Assembly: GCA_964594965.1 (NCBI GenBank)
Contig: CAZQMX010000001.1
Span: forward strand, 25,667-89,666
DNA: 64,000 nucleotides
Reading direction: 5' to 3'
Source: an uncultured Candidatus Saccharibacteria bacterium
GTDB lineage: Bacteria > Patescibacteriota > Minisyncoccia > Portnoybacterales > UBA2143
Part shown: positions 56,023-64,000 of the stretch, piece after piece
Numbering within the stretch: the first letter of the stretch is position 1
Layout of the letters: every line of letters starts with the position of its first letter
Notes under the pieces: model-generated
What the model saw: only the letters and a program-made list of their open reading frames with translations
Told to the model about the DNA's origin: nothing
The model's database searches: none
Made by a program: the position numbers and the translations under genes

Positions 56023-57075
56023 ATGCTTATGCCTGATATATTTTTTATCTCAAGAATCATGGGATTAGGAGCAATTTCTTTTCTTTTTGCTTTGGCCTGG
56101 ACGCCCTTCTTGGTTCGTTTTCTTGAAAAGTACAAAATGGGCAAGCAAATCAGGACAGAGGGGGTCCCATACTTCGCCAAACATCACAGCAAGAAAGAGG
56201 GGACTCCAACCATGGGCGGAATCTTAATTTGGATGACAGTTTTGTTTTTAACCCTGCTTTTCTGGATTTTAGCTAAAGCCGGGGACGGAACAATTCTTCA
56301 AAACTTTGATTTCTTGACAAGGAAAGAAACTCTTCTTCCTTTGGGCGCCCTGATCGCCTCGGCCTTAGTTGGTTTAGGGGATGATTTGCTGGGAATTTTT
56401 AAGATTGGTTCTAGTGGCGGCGGGCTTAAAATCCGCCATCGTCTTTTAATCTATACCGCTATTGCCGTTTTCGGCGCCTGGTGGTTTTTTGTTAAGTTGG
56501 AATGGGATTTGGTCCATGTTCCTTTTCTGGGAGATTTTAATATCGGTCTTTGGTATATTCTCGTTTTTATCTTTGTTTTAGTTGCGACTGCTTTTTCAAC
56601 AAATCAAACCGATGGACTTGATGGATTAGCCGGCGGGATTCTTTTAATTGGTTTTGCTTCTTACGGGGCGATTGCCTTTTCCCAGGGCAAAATGGATTTA
56701 GCTGCTTTTTGCGGAGTAATTATTGGGGCCCTATTGGCCTTCCTCTGGTTTAATATTTACCCAGCCAGATTTTTTATGGGTGATACCGGGTCAATGTCAT
56801 TGGGAATTACCCTGGGCATTATTGCCATGCTGACAAACTATTTTCTTCTTCTTCCTTTAATCTTTTTTATTCCGGTAGTAGAATCGGTTTCGACTGCAGT
56901 CCAGATGCTTTCAAAAAAAATCAGAAAGAAAAAAATATTTCTTTCGGCGCCTATTCATCATCATTTTGAAGCTAAAGGATGGCATGAGACAAAGGTGACT
57001 ATGCGTTTCTGGATGATTAATGGAACCATGGCGGTGATAGGATTAATTCTTGTTTTTATTGAAGTAATCATTTAG
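56023..57075 (+). CDS. mraY: phospho-N-acetylmuramoyl-pentapeptide transferase MraY
   Basis: DGLDGLAGG and PIHHHFE motifs. Confidence 0.85.
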   Translation: MLMPDIFFISRIMGLGAISFLFALAWTPFLVRFLEKYKMGKQIRTEGVPYFAKHHSKKEGTPTMGGILIWMTVLFLTLLFWILAKAGDGTILQNFDFLTRKETLLPLGALIASALVGLGDDLLGIFKIGSSGGGLKIRHRLLIYTAIAVFGAWWFFVKLEWDLVHVPFLGDFNIGLWYILVFIFVLVATAFSTNQTDGLDGLAGGILLIGFASYGAIAFSQGKMDLAAFCGVIIGALLAFLWFNIYPARFFMGDTGSMSLGITLGIIAMLTNYFLLLPLIFFIPVVESVSTAVQMLSKKIRKKKIFLSAPIHHHFEAKGWHETKVTMRFWMINGTMAVIGLILVFIEVII

Positions 57076-57120
57076 GGCTTTCTCTAAAATTTCTGCGAAA
57101 TTTTAGCTAGAAAACCTTTA

Positions 57121-57219
57121 CCCCGCCCCCTATACTCTGACTCAATCATTAGAGAATTATACATAGAAACAGATTATCCGTATTATCAAACAAGAAATCA
57201 GAGTAAAGGGGGCGGGGTG
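57121..57219. repeat. 99-bp element bounded by 20-bp GC-rich terminal inverted repeats (CCCCGCCCCCTWTACTCTGA)
   Basis: Left arm 57121-57140, right arm 57198-57219, one mismatch in 20. The only C5GC5 run in the window. Confidence 0.55.
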
Positions 57220-57286
57220 CTCAATGTTGTAGCTAAATTTATTTCGCTACACTTGAGTTTCGCTCATAAATTTAGACAACATTCGC

Positions 57287-58381
57287 ATGAAAGTCCATCA
57301 ACCAGACTATTTTTTCATCTCAGCTGTTTTTGTTCTGGTTGTTTTTGGTTTAGTTGTTTTATCAAGCGCTTCGGTTGTCATTTCCCAGGAAACCTTTGGA
57401 GAAAATTACTATTTCCTCAAGCACCAGCTTATTTACGGCCTTTTAATTGGATTAGTTGCTTTTTTTGTTGTTCAGAGAATTAATTACCGCTTTTGGCAGA
57501 AACTAGCTTTTCCTTTAATGATTTTGGGTTTAATTCTTTTGGCGCTGGTTTTTCTGCCGGGAATAGGATATGGCCATGGAGAAGCCAAACGTTGGATAAG
57601 TTTAGGTCCCTTTTCTCTTCAGCCCTTTGAATTTATTAAATTAAGTTTTGTTCTTTACTTGGCAGCGCTCTTGAGTAGAAGAGGGGAAAGCAAAGAGGTA
57701 ATTAAAGAGAGTTTAATTCCTTTTCTGGTCAGCTTTGTTGTTATTAGCATCCTGGTTCTTTTCCAGCCCAATATGAGCGCTTTTATCTTAATTTCTTTAA
57801 TTGCCGGCCTAGTATATTTCCTGGCCGGAGTTAAGTTTTCCTATTTAATATCATTAGGGGTATTGGCTTTATCCAGTTTTTTTGTTTTAATAAAGGTAAC
57901 ACCTTATCGGATGAGAAGGTTAACGGTATTCCTCCATCCGGAGATTGATCCGCAGGGGATTGGCTATCAGATTAATCAGGCCCTTTTGGCTATTGGTTCA
58001 GGCGGTCTTTTCGGATTAGGTCTGGGGCACAGCATCCAAAAATGGAAATACCTGCCGGAAGTTATTGGTGATTCCATTTTCGCCATTATCGCTGAAGAAC
58101 TTGGATTAATTGGGGCTGGTCTTCTGGTTGGTTTATTCATCTTTCTGTTCTGGCGGGGATTAAAAATTGCTAAAAACGCTCCTGATAAATTTGGCTATCT
58201 TTTAGCTGGTAGTATTACGGGCTGGCTCTTCTTTCAGGTTTTTATCAATATTATGGCAATCTGTGGAATGATTCCTTTAACCGGCATGCCCTTGCCTTTT
58301 ATCAGTTACGGCGGTTCTGCTTTAGCGATTTCTCTGGCAGCGGTTGGTATAGTAACTAATATTTCTAAGTATACAAACTAG
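57287..58381 (+). CDS. ftsW: cell division/peptidoglycan glycosyltransferase FtsW (SEDS family)
   Basis: 10 TM helices and SEDS motifs. Sits in the dcw cluster. Confidence 0.8.
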   Translation: MKVHQPDYFFISAVFVLVVFGLVVLSSASVVISQETFGENYYFLKHQLIYGLLIGLVAFFVVQRINYRFWQKLAFPLMILGLILLALVFLPGIGYGHGEAKRWISLGPFSLQPFEFIKLSFVLYLAALLSRRGESKEVIKESLIPFLVSFVVISILVLFQPNMSAFILISLIAGLVYFLAGVKFSYLISLGVLALSSFFVLIKVTPYRMRRLTVFLHPEIDPQGIGYQINQALLAIGSGGLFGLGLGHSIQKWKYLPEVIGDSIFAIIAEELGLIGAGLLVGLFIFLFWRGLKIAKNAPDKFGYLLAGSITGWLFFQVFINIMAICGMIPLTGMPLPFISYGGSALAISLAAVGIVTNISKYTN

Positions 58382-58460
58382 AATAATGAATAATGAATCA
58401 CGAATAAGGAATAGATTTAATTCTTGATTCCTAATTCTTAATTCTTAATTCTGATTCCTA
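58382..58460. repeat. inverted arrays of 7-nt periodic repeats (GAATAAT... / ...ATTCTTA)
   Basis: GAATAATGAATAATGAATCACGAATAAGGAAT | ATTCTTGATTCCTAATTCTTAATTCTTAATTCTGATTCC. Confidence 0.6.
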
Positions 58461-59567
58461 ATGAGAATAGTATTTGCCGGTGGCGGCACTGGCGGACATA
58501 TTTATCCGATTATTGCCGTAGCCAGACAATTAAAACAGGGACAAATACCCTTGGAAATGTTCTTTCTTGGACCAGTTGGTCCTTATCGTCAGGAACTGGA
58601 AAAAGAGGGGATTATTGTCAAGTCGGTCCTGGCCGGAAAATTAAGAAGATATTTTTCCATTTGGACAATTTTGGATATTTTAAAGTTTCCTCTTGGTCTA
58701 ATTCAATCTCTTTGGTATTTGTTTATCCTAATGCCGGACATTGTTTTTTCCAAAGGGGGATACGGCAGTGTTCCGATTACCCTGGTCTCCTGGACATATT
58801 TCATCCCAATCATTTCTCATGAATCAGATGCTGTTCCGGGTCTGGCTAATCGCATTGGAGCATTTTTTTCAAAAAGAATTGCTCTTTCATTTCAATCGGC
58901 CGGGAAGTATTTTTCTTCTAAAAAAACTGCTTTGGTTGGTAATCCAATCCGTTCAGAGATTGCCCAGATTTGTCTTTCAACTGATTCTCAAGAAAAAGAA
59001 AAAGGCAAACAACTTTTTAGCATTTCCGGTCAAAAGCCAATTATTTTGATTTTAGGCGGCAGTCAGGGGGCAGAGAAAATTAATCGATTGGTCTTATCCG
59101 TTTTGCCCAGTCTCTTGGAGAAATATGAGGTTATTCATCAATCCGGGCCAAAAAATTATGAGAAGATAAAAAGCTGGTTAAAGCAAATGCCGGTTAATTA
59201 CCATCTCTTTCCATTTTTGGATGAAAACCAGATTGCCCACGCCTATCTTGTTTCTAATCTAATCATTTCCCGGGCCGGAGCAGGAAGTATTTCAGAAATT
59301 GCCGCTTGCGGAAAGCCAAGCATTTTAATCCCAATTCCTAAATCAGCCTCTGACCATCAGAGAAAAAATGCTTTTGATTACGCTCGGGCCGGAGCAACAT
59401 CAGTTCTGGAACAGGATAATTTAACGCCTAATTTGCTCTTAAACGAAATATCAGAGATACTGGATAATCCGGAATTAGCCCAGAAAATGTCTTTGAATGC
59501 CAAGAATTTTTCCCGGCCCCGAGCCGCCCAAAAAATCGCAGAGGAAATAGTTGAGATGGGGAGGTAG
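58461..59567 (+). CDS. murG: UDP-GlcNAc--MurNAc-pentapeptide GlcNAc transferase MurG
   Basis: GGGTGGHIYP N-terminal motif and the GT28 C-terminal domain. Confidence 0.85.
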   Translation: MRIVFAGGGTGGHIYPIIAVARQLKQGQIPLEMFFLGPVGPYRQELEKEGIIVKSVLAGKLRRYFSIWTILDILKFPLGLIQSLWYLFILMPDIVFSKGGYGSVPITLVSWTYFIPIISHESDAVPGLANRIGAFFSKRIALSFQSAGKYFSSKKTALVGNPIRSEIAQICLSTDSQEKEKGKQLFSISGQKPIILILGGSQGAEKINRLVLSVLPSLLEKYEVIHQSGPKNYEKIKSWLKQMPVNYHLFPFLDENQIAHAYLVSNLIISRAGAGSISEIAACGKPSILIPIPKSASDHQRKNAFDYARAGATSVLEQDNLTPNLLLNEISEILDNPELAQKMSLNAKNFSRPRAAQKIAEEIVEMGR

Positions 59568-59570
59568 TAT

Positions 59571-61043
59571 ATGAAAAAAAATCAAGAAACACAAGTTAGG
59601 TTTGCGCCGAGTCCGACCGGGCTGTTTAGTATAGGCAATGCTCGGACGGCTCTTTTTAACTATTTATTCGCCAAACAGAACAAAGGTAAATTTATTCTTC
59701 GAATAGAAGATACTGATGAAGACCGCTCTGAAAAAAAATATGAGAAAGATATCATAGAGAATCTGAAATGGCTTGGATTAAATTGGGACGAAGGACCAAT
59801 AAAACAGAGTGAAAGAACAGAAATTTATCAGAAAGAAATTAAAAAACTCCTTGAACAAGGAGATGCTTTTTTCTGCGACCACACCAAAGAAGAATTAAAC
59901 GAAGAGAAAGAAGAGCAAAGTAAGAGAAAAGAGGCTCCCCGGCATATTTGCAATCGTCCTAATTATGTCATTCTGAAGGAGTCGAAGACGACTGAAGAAT
60001 CTGTTAACAGATCCTTCGCTGACGCTCAGGATGACAGAGGTAAAAAGGATACTAGAAACAAGAAGGGAATTATTCGATTCCGGACGCCCAAAGGAAAAAT
60101 TACTTTCAATGATTTAATTCGGGGGAAAGTTGAAATTAACGGAGAGCTATTAGGGGATTTCAGCATTGCCAAGGATGAAAAAACTCCTTTATATAATTTT
60201 AGCGCGGTTGTTGACGACGCCGAAATGAAAATATCTCATGTTATTAGAGGAGAAGACCATCTTCCCAATACGCCTAAACAAATCCTCCTATACAAAGCCC
60301 TTAAATTAGATGTGCCGGAATTTGCTCATTTGCCTTTAATTTTAGGTCCAGATAGGTCTAAAATGAGCAAAAGGCATGGATCAACCTCTGTTGGTCAATA
60401 CAAAAAAGAAGGGTATTTACCAGAGGCGATAAATAACTTTTTAGCGCTTTTAGGCTGGAATCCAGGAACGGAAAAAGAAATATTTTCAATGAATGAATTA
60501 ATCAAGGAATTTTCTCTTGAAAGAGTTCATAAAGGCGGAGCAATTTTTAACATTGAACGATTGGATTGGATTAATGGACAATATATTCGGCAGATGGATT
60601 TAGATGAATTAACCAAGAAATGCCTTGAATATTTACCAAAAGAAACAGATTTTGAATACGCTAAGAAAATAGTTAAATTAGAACAGGAAAGAATTAAGAG
60701 ATTGTCGGAAATAGGGGAGTTAAGTCAATTCTTTTTTAAGGATAAACTAGATTATGATAAAGAACTCTTAATTTGGAAGAAAATGTCTTTAGAACAAGTT
60801 AAGGAAAAACTGGAATTAATACTCAAAGAATTAGAAAAAGTAGGGGATTTTGATCAAGAAAACCTGGAATATCTAATGATGCCTCTGGCGGAAAAACACG
60901 GCCGAGGCGAGCTTCTATGGCCTCTGAGAGTGGCTTTAACAGGCCAAAAGGCCTCACCCGGACCTTTTGAGATAATGGAGGTTTTGGGTAAGGAAAAGAC
61001 CTTAGAAAGAGTGGAAGAAGCAATAAAAAAACTCCAAGAATAG
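59571..61043 (+). CDS. gltX: glutamate--tRNA ligase carrying an in-frame 23-aa insertion
   Basis: PSPTG...IGNARTA and KMSKR motifs. Insertion VILKESKTTEESVNRSFADAQDD is encoded by MITE copy F. Confidence 0.85.
   Translation: MKKNQETQVRFAPSPTGLFSIGNARTALFNYLFAKQNKGKFILRIEDTDEDRSEKKYEKDIIENLKWLGLNWDEGPIKQSERTEIYQKEIKKLLEQGDAFFCDHTKEELNEEKEEQSKRKEAPRHICNRPNYVILKESKTTEESVNRSFADAQDDRGKKDTRNKKGIIRFRTPKGKITFNDLIRGKVEINGELLGDFSIAKDEKTPLYNFSAVVDDAEMKISHVIRGEDHLPNTPKQILLYKALKLDVPEFAHLPLILGPDRSKMSKRHGSTSVGQYKKEGYLPEAINNFLALLGWNPGTEKEIFSMNELIKEFSLERVHKGGAIFNIERLDWINGQYIRQMDLDELTKKCLEYLPKETDFEYAKKIVKLEQERIKRLSEIGELSQFFFKDKLDYDKELLIWKKMSLEQVKEKLELILKELEKVGDFDQENLEYLMMPLAEKHGRGELLWPLRVALTGQKASPGPFEIMEVLGKEKTLERVEEAIKKLQE
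59967..60035 (-). repeat. MITE-like palindromic element, copy F (minus orientation), 69 nt, in-frame inside gltX
   Basis: GTCATTCTGAAGGAGTCGAAGACGACTGAAGAATCT / AGATCCTTCGCTGACGCTCAGGATGAC. Starts on a gltX codon boundary and is 23 codons long. Confidence 0.7.
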
Positions 61044-61082
61044 GACACGATGCCTATTCCCGGAGCGCGGTGATTCTTGTAC

Positions 61083-61346
61083 TTAAGGGTCGGGAAGCAT
61101 AGGTTGATCAGAGAATAGATCCTCTGCTCTTTTGAGGTGTTCCTTCGATGTTGATTTATCGAAGGTTCTATTGATGGTCGTTTTGAGGCAATAGGAAAGC
61201 GCTTTTATGAGAGCGTCTATCTCGCCGGGAGTGGAGGCAAAAAAAGTTTTTCTCTTTCGGTGACCCTCCTCAAGAGTCGCCAAGGTGACCCTAAAGCGAT
61301 TTATGCCATTTCTTCTACCAAACCCTATTACTGCAATAGCGTTCAT
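61083..61346 (-). CDS. hypothetical 87-aa protein, in the same frame as the upstream SpeH-like ORF
   Basis: ATG preceded by AGGAGA-N7. The N-terminal AIAVIGFG weakly resembles the SAM-decarboxylase alpha-chain segment AAIDLFTCG. Confidence 0.2.
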   Translation of the reverse strand: MNAIAVIGFGRRNGINRFRVTLATLEEGHRKRKTFFASTPGEIDALIKALSYCLKTTINRTFDKSTSKEHLKRAEDLFSDQPMLPDP

Positions 61347-61358
61347 TTTTTTTCTCCT

Positions 61359-61673
61359 TTATCTTTTTTTTCTGTAAAATTCGTAAACACAGGAAGGACC
61401 AACTTCTTCGTTTTTTATTTCTGGTTTCCGAATAGAAAGGTATTGGCTGGCAGCAATTATACTTGCCACCTTTTCAAATTCAAAGAGAGAAACTCTTTTA
61501 CAGCACTCGGCGCCGCTTTTTGCTAAACAGTGCCATCCCGGATTCTCTCTAACAAAGTCAATGCTGGTAAAGAAGTTGTGCCTGATTTTATCCCCAATTT
61601 TAATGGTGATTTTTTTTCTCTTTAGTAATGCTATTAGGACTCTTGCCGCTCTTTTCTTGGTTTCGTCAGACAA
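61359..61673 (-). CDS. S-adenosylmethionine decarboxylase (class I, SpeH)-like protein, possibly disrupted
   Basis: LAKSGAE...FEFEKVASIIAASQYLSIRKPE aligns to SpeH AxxSGA...FHxFxPxGVSGVVxISESHLTIHTxPE. The ES-H pyruvoyl-site residues are altered (AAS-Q). Followed by an in-frame TAA and then the 87-aa ORF. Confidence 0.3.
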   Translation of the reverse strand: MSDETKKRAARVLIALLKRKKITIKIGDKIRHNFFTSIDFVRENPGWHCLAKSGAECCKRVSLFEFEKVASIIAASQYLSIRKPEIKNEEVGPSCVYEFYRKKR

Positions 61674-61751
61674 TTCTACCCCCTTCCTTTTTCTTTCCTT
61701 AGATATATTTGTTAATATTATTAAGAACTAGTATAATAAACGTAAACTAGC

Positions 61752-63059
61752 ATGATTAATAGATTGAGTCAATTTAGTTGGCGGTTTTGGGTTTTGTCTT
61801 TAACCCCCCTTTTAATATTTCCTCTTCTGAGCCAGGCGGATTTAATTGACGAATTAAACCAACAGATTAAAGACCAGGAAAGCAAGAGAGAACAGTTAGA
61901 AAGACAAGCCCAGGAATACCAGGCCATTATTAACCAGAAAAGGGGAGAGATAAATACCTTTAGTAATCAGATTGCCATTTTCAATGCCCAGATTAATAAA
62001 TTACAGGTGGAAATAAATATTACTCAAGATGATGTTTCTCAGACCAAAGTAGAAATTATTCAATTAGAATACGGCATTGAGGAAACAGGGGAGGACATAA
62101 TTTACCAAAAAGATAATCTGGCTGTAATCATCCAATTAATTGCCGAATACGACCAAACTTCCCAATTAGAGATGATGCTTCAGAGCGATGATTTTTCTGA
62201 CTTTTTCAGCCAGATGACATATTTGGATAATCTTCAAAGCGGTGTCCGGGAAAAAGTTAATAGACTTAAAACTCTGAAAGTAAAATTAGGACAGGACAAA
62301 GAAACAAAAGAAGATAAGAAAGTTAATTTAGAAAATCTTAAAAGCCAATTAGATAATCAAAAATGGTCTTTAGCCAGCCAGAGGAATTCCAAAGAAGCTC
62401 TTTTAGGATATACCCGGGGGGAAGAAAAGAAATATCAACAAATGCTGGCTAATATTGAAGCCCAGAAAAAGTCATTATTAGGCGATTTAAGCAGATTACG
62501 CCAGCAGAAAGCAGAAGAATTAGCCAAATTAAAAGAATTACAGGAAAAACCACCATCTCAATACTGGGCTTCAACTAATTGGTATTATCAGCAGGATAAT
62601 CCGACCTGGGCTGAAACAACTATCGGTTTTAGTCGCTCTGAAATGGGGGACTACGGCTGCGCTGTTAGTAGCGTTGCTATGGTGGCAAGTTATCATGGTA
62701 GTTGGATTACGCCGGGGCAAATGGCCAAACAACCAATTTTCTATTACGACCTAATTGTCTGGCCGAGAAACTGGGGGAATATTAGCTGCACTAATTGTCC
62801 ACCGCCTCATGTTTCAACATTTGACTGGTTCCGCCTAGACAGGGAATTAGGAGCTGGCAACCCGGTTATTATCTTTGTCAGGGCTAATGGCCGGGGAGCA
62901 GGCCATTATGTTGTTGTTCATCATAAGACCGATGATGGCAGATATGTTGTCCATGATCCGCTCTTTGGAGCAAATATCTATTTGGACTCAACTCGGGTCT
63001 ATATTTCCAATCTTTACGAAACTAATACATCAATAGACCAAATGGTCATTTATCATTAA
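61752..63059 (+). CDS. secreted coiled-coil protein with a C-terminal C39-like (papain-fold) cysteine peptidase domain
   Basis: Signal peptide, ~250-aa heptad-rich region, then YGCAVSSVAMVASYHG (catalytic Cys) and GHYVVVHH (catalytic His), typical of Peptidase_C39_2. Confidence 0.5.
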   Translation: MINRLSQFSWRFWVLSLTPLLIFPLLSQADLIDELNQQIKDQESKREQLERQAQEYQAIINQKRGEINTFSNQIAIFNAQINKLQVEINITQDDVSQTKVEIIQLEYGIEETGEDIIYQKDNLAVIIQLIAEYDQTSQLEMMLQSDDFSDFFSQMTYLDNLQSGVREKVNRLKTLKVKLGQDKETKEDKKVNLENLKSQLDNQKWSLASQRNSKEALLGYTRGEEKKYQQMLANIEAQKKSLLGDLSRLRQQKAEELAKLKELQEKPPSQYWASTNWYYQQDNPTWAETTIGFSRSEMGDYGCAVSSVAMVASYHGSWITPGQMAKQPIFYYDLIVWPRNWGNISCTNCPPPHVSTFDWFRLDRELGAGNPVIIFVRANGRGAGHYVVVHHKTDDGRYVVHDPLFGANIYLDSTRVYISNLYETNTSIDQMVIYH

Positions 63060-63070
63060 ATATTAAAAAC

Positions 63071-63499
63071 ATGCGATACATCATTTTTTCAATAATGTTT
63101 TTCTTTGTTTCTGCTAATTTTTCTCTGGCAGAAGAGGTCACATCCCCGAAACTGCCGGGAGACATAGATAGCTTTTATCAGGAAGTTCAGAAAGTTAGTA
63201 ATAAGATTATTTTTCCAGTGAAACAGATATTTGAAACAATTCCTAAAAAAGCCAAAGAAAGCGCTGATAAAATTATGGAAAGGTTCCAGGATAAAGCAGA
63301 ACAGAAAAAAGAAGAGATAAAAGAGGAAATTAAAGAAGAAATCAAACAAGAAAGCAAAGAACAAGTTCAGAAAAAATCAAAATGGGCAGAGGGGACAATT
63401 AAAAAATGGCTCTCTCCCCTAAAAATTAAAATTGAGCAGGGGAGTCAGGTCTTGAGAGGATGGATGGAAAAAGGGATAGATTGGATTAAAAGTTTTTAA
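63071..63499 (+). CDS. secreted K/E-rich small protein
   Basis: Signal peptide plus a low-complexity EEIKEEIK region. Confidence 0.25.
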   Translation: MRYIIFSIMFFFVSANFSLAEEVTSPKLPGDIDSFYQEVQKVSNKIIFPVKQIFETIPKKAKESADKIMERFQDKAEQKKEEIKEEIKEEIKQESKEQVQKKSKWAEGTIKKWLSPLKIKIEQGSQVLRGWMEKGIDWIKSF

Positions 63500-63626
63500 T
63501 AAAAAAAACGATAACCAGAGTTAGGGAATAGGGGAGAGGTTGCCCACAGAAAAATTTGACGGCTATTTAGCCGTGTTATAAAATAGACATATAGTCGCAT
63601 AATATACCTTAATACACATTAGATAT

Positions 63627-64000
63627 ATGGAGAAAAGCAAAAAGCCACTAATTCAACATTTAACTGATTTTTTGGATTGGCTTGATATTGAAAAAGGTTT
63701 GTCAAATAAATCCCAGGAAAACTATTCCCGCTTCCTCAAAAAGTTTATTGGTTGGCTAGAAGAAAATAAATTAGAGGGCCTAAGGCCTCACGAGCTCTCC
63801 CCCGGCCATATTTGGGAATATCGGGTCTATCTATCACGCCACTCAAAGAAACCACTTAAAAAATCTACCCAGAACTATTACTTAATCGCTTTAAGGTCTT
63901 TTTTAAACTATTTTGCCAACCGGGATATTATTTCTCTCCCCGCCGAAAAAATTAAATTAGCCAAGGATAAAGGCGAAAAGAAGATACATTTTTTAACCAT
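63627..64000 (+). CDS. tyrosine recombinase XerC/XerD-family, N-terminal SAM-like domain; partial because it runs off the window
   Basis: MEKSKKPLIQHLTDFLDWL...LSNKSQENYSRFLKKF...IALRSFLNYF matches the integrase N-terminal core-binding domain. Not in the ORF track because the window ends before a stop. Confidence 0.55.
   Translation, partial: MEKSKKPLIQHLTDFLDWLDIEKGLSNKSQENYSRFLKKFIGWLEENKLEGLRPHELSPGHIWEYRVYLSRHSKKPLKKSTQNYYLIALRSFLNYFANRDIISLPAEKIKLAKDKGEKKIHFLT

Overview
AT-rich bacterial chromosome segment of about 64 kb (roughly 35-40% GC by eye). The gene content and the reduced protein variants look like Candidate Phyla Radiation / Patescibacteria. Almost everything is housekeeping. 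Translation genes: trpS, an N-terminally short prfA, rpmE, rpsB, a short tsf, rpmG (missed by the ORF track), rplJ, rplL, rplU, cysS, a GAD-less aspS, gltX, mnmA, and a ThiI-like PP-loop enzyme. Six tRNAs: Thr-TGT, Tyr-GTA, Thr-GGT, Trp-CCA, Glu-CTC, Lys-TTT. A split dcw cell-wall cluster: mraZ-rsmH-ftsL-ftsI-murF, then a dacB-like gene, mraY, ftsW and murG, plus uppP, uppS, a polyprenyl synthase, mltG and lgt. Chaperones grpE-hsp20-dnaK-dnaJ. Replication and repair genes dnaB, recR, rmuC and a family-4 UDG. A MacAB-type efflux locus (SIMPL protein, HlyD adaptor, ATPase, two FtsX-like permeases, lipoprotein). A Ca2+ P-type ATPase next to a Ca2+/cation antiporter. The window ends inside a XerC/D-type recombinase. 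TGA is used as a stop codon (rpsB), so the code is standard. I found no CRISPR array, rRNA or prophage. The most unusual content is non-coding: (1) a six-copy family of 65-75 bp palindromic MITE-like elements, five of them 10-40 nt upstream of start codons and one inserted in-frame (69 nt) in gltX; (2) a CAAATCTYTGATTTG hairpin just after stop codons, three times in front of that element; (3) a 17-nt GC palindrome CGGAGGTTCGACCTCCG in four copies, which extends mnmA, terminates lgt and sits in-frame at the junction of an ASCH-GreA fusion ORF; (4) conserved GC double-hairpin trailers after four tRNA genes; (5) a duplicated ~110-nt promoter/leader module upstream of the peptidoglycan genes mltG and dacB, with its core motif repeated upstream of ftsW; (6) heptamer-periodic inverted AT-rich repeat arrays in three dcw intergenic spacers; (7) a GC-rich 20-bp terminal-inverted-repeat element between mraY and ftsW; (8) a ~730-bp ORF-free structured region upstream of rplJ, where rplK-rplA are missing. 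Coding oddities are an in-frame TAA inside murF, an RF1 without its N-terminal domain, and two SpeH-like ORFs in the same frame separated by one stop codon. All coordinates are read by eye from the printed sequence and may be off by 1-3 nt.
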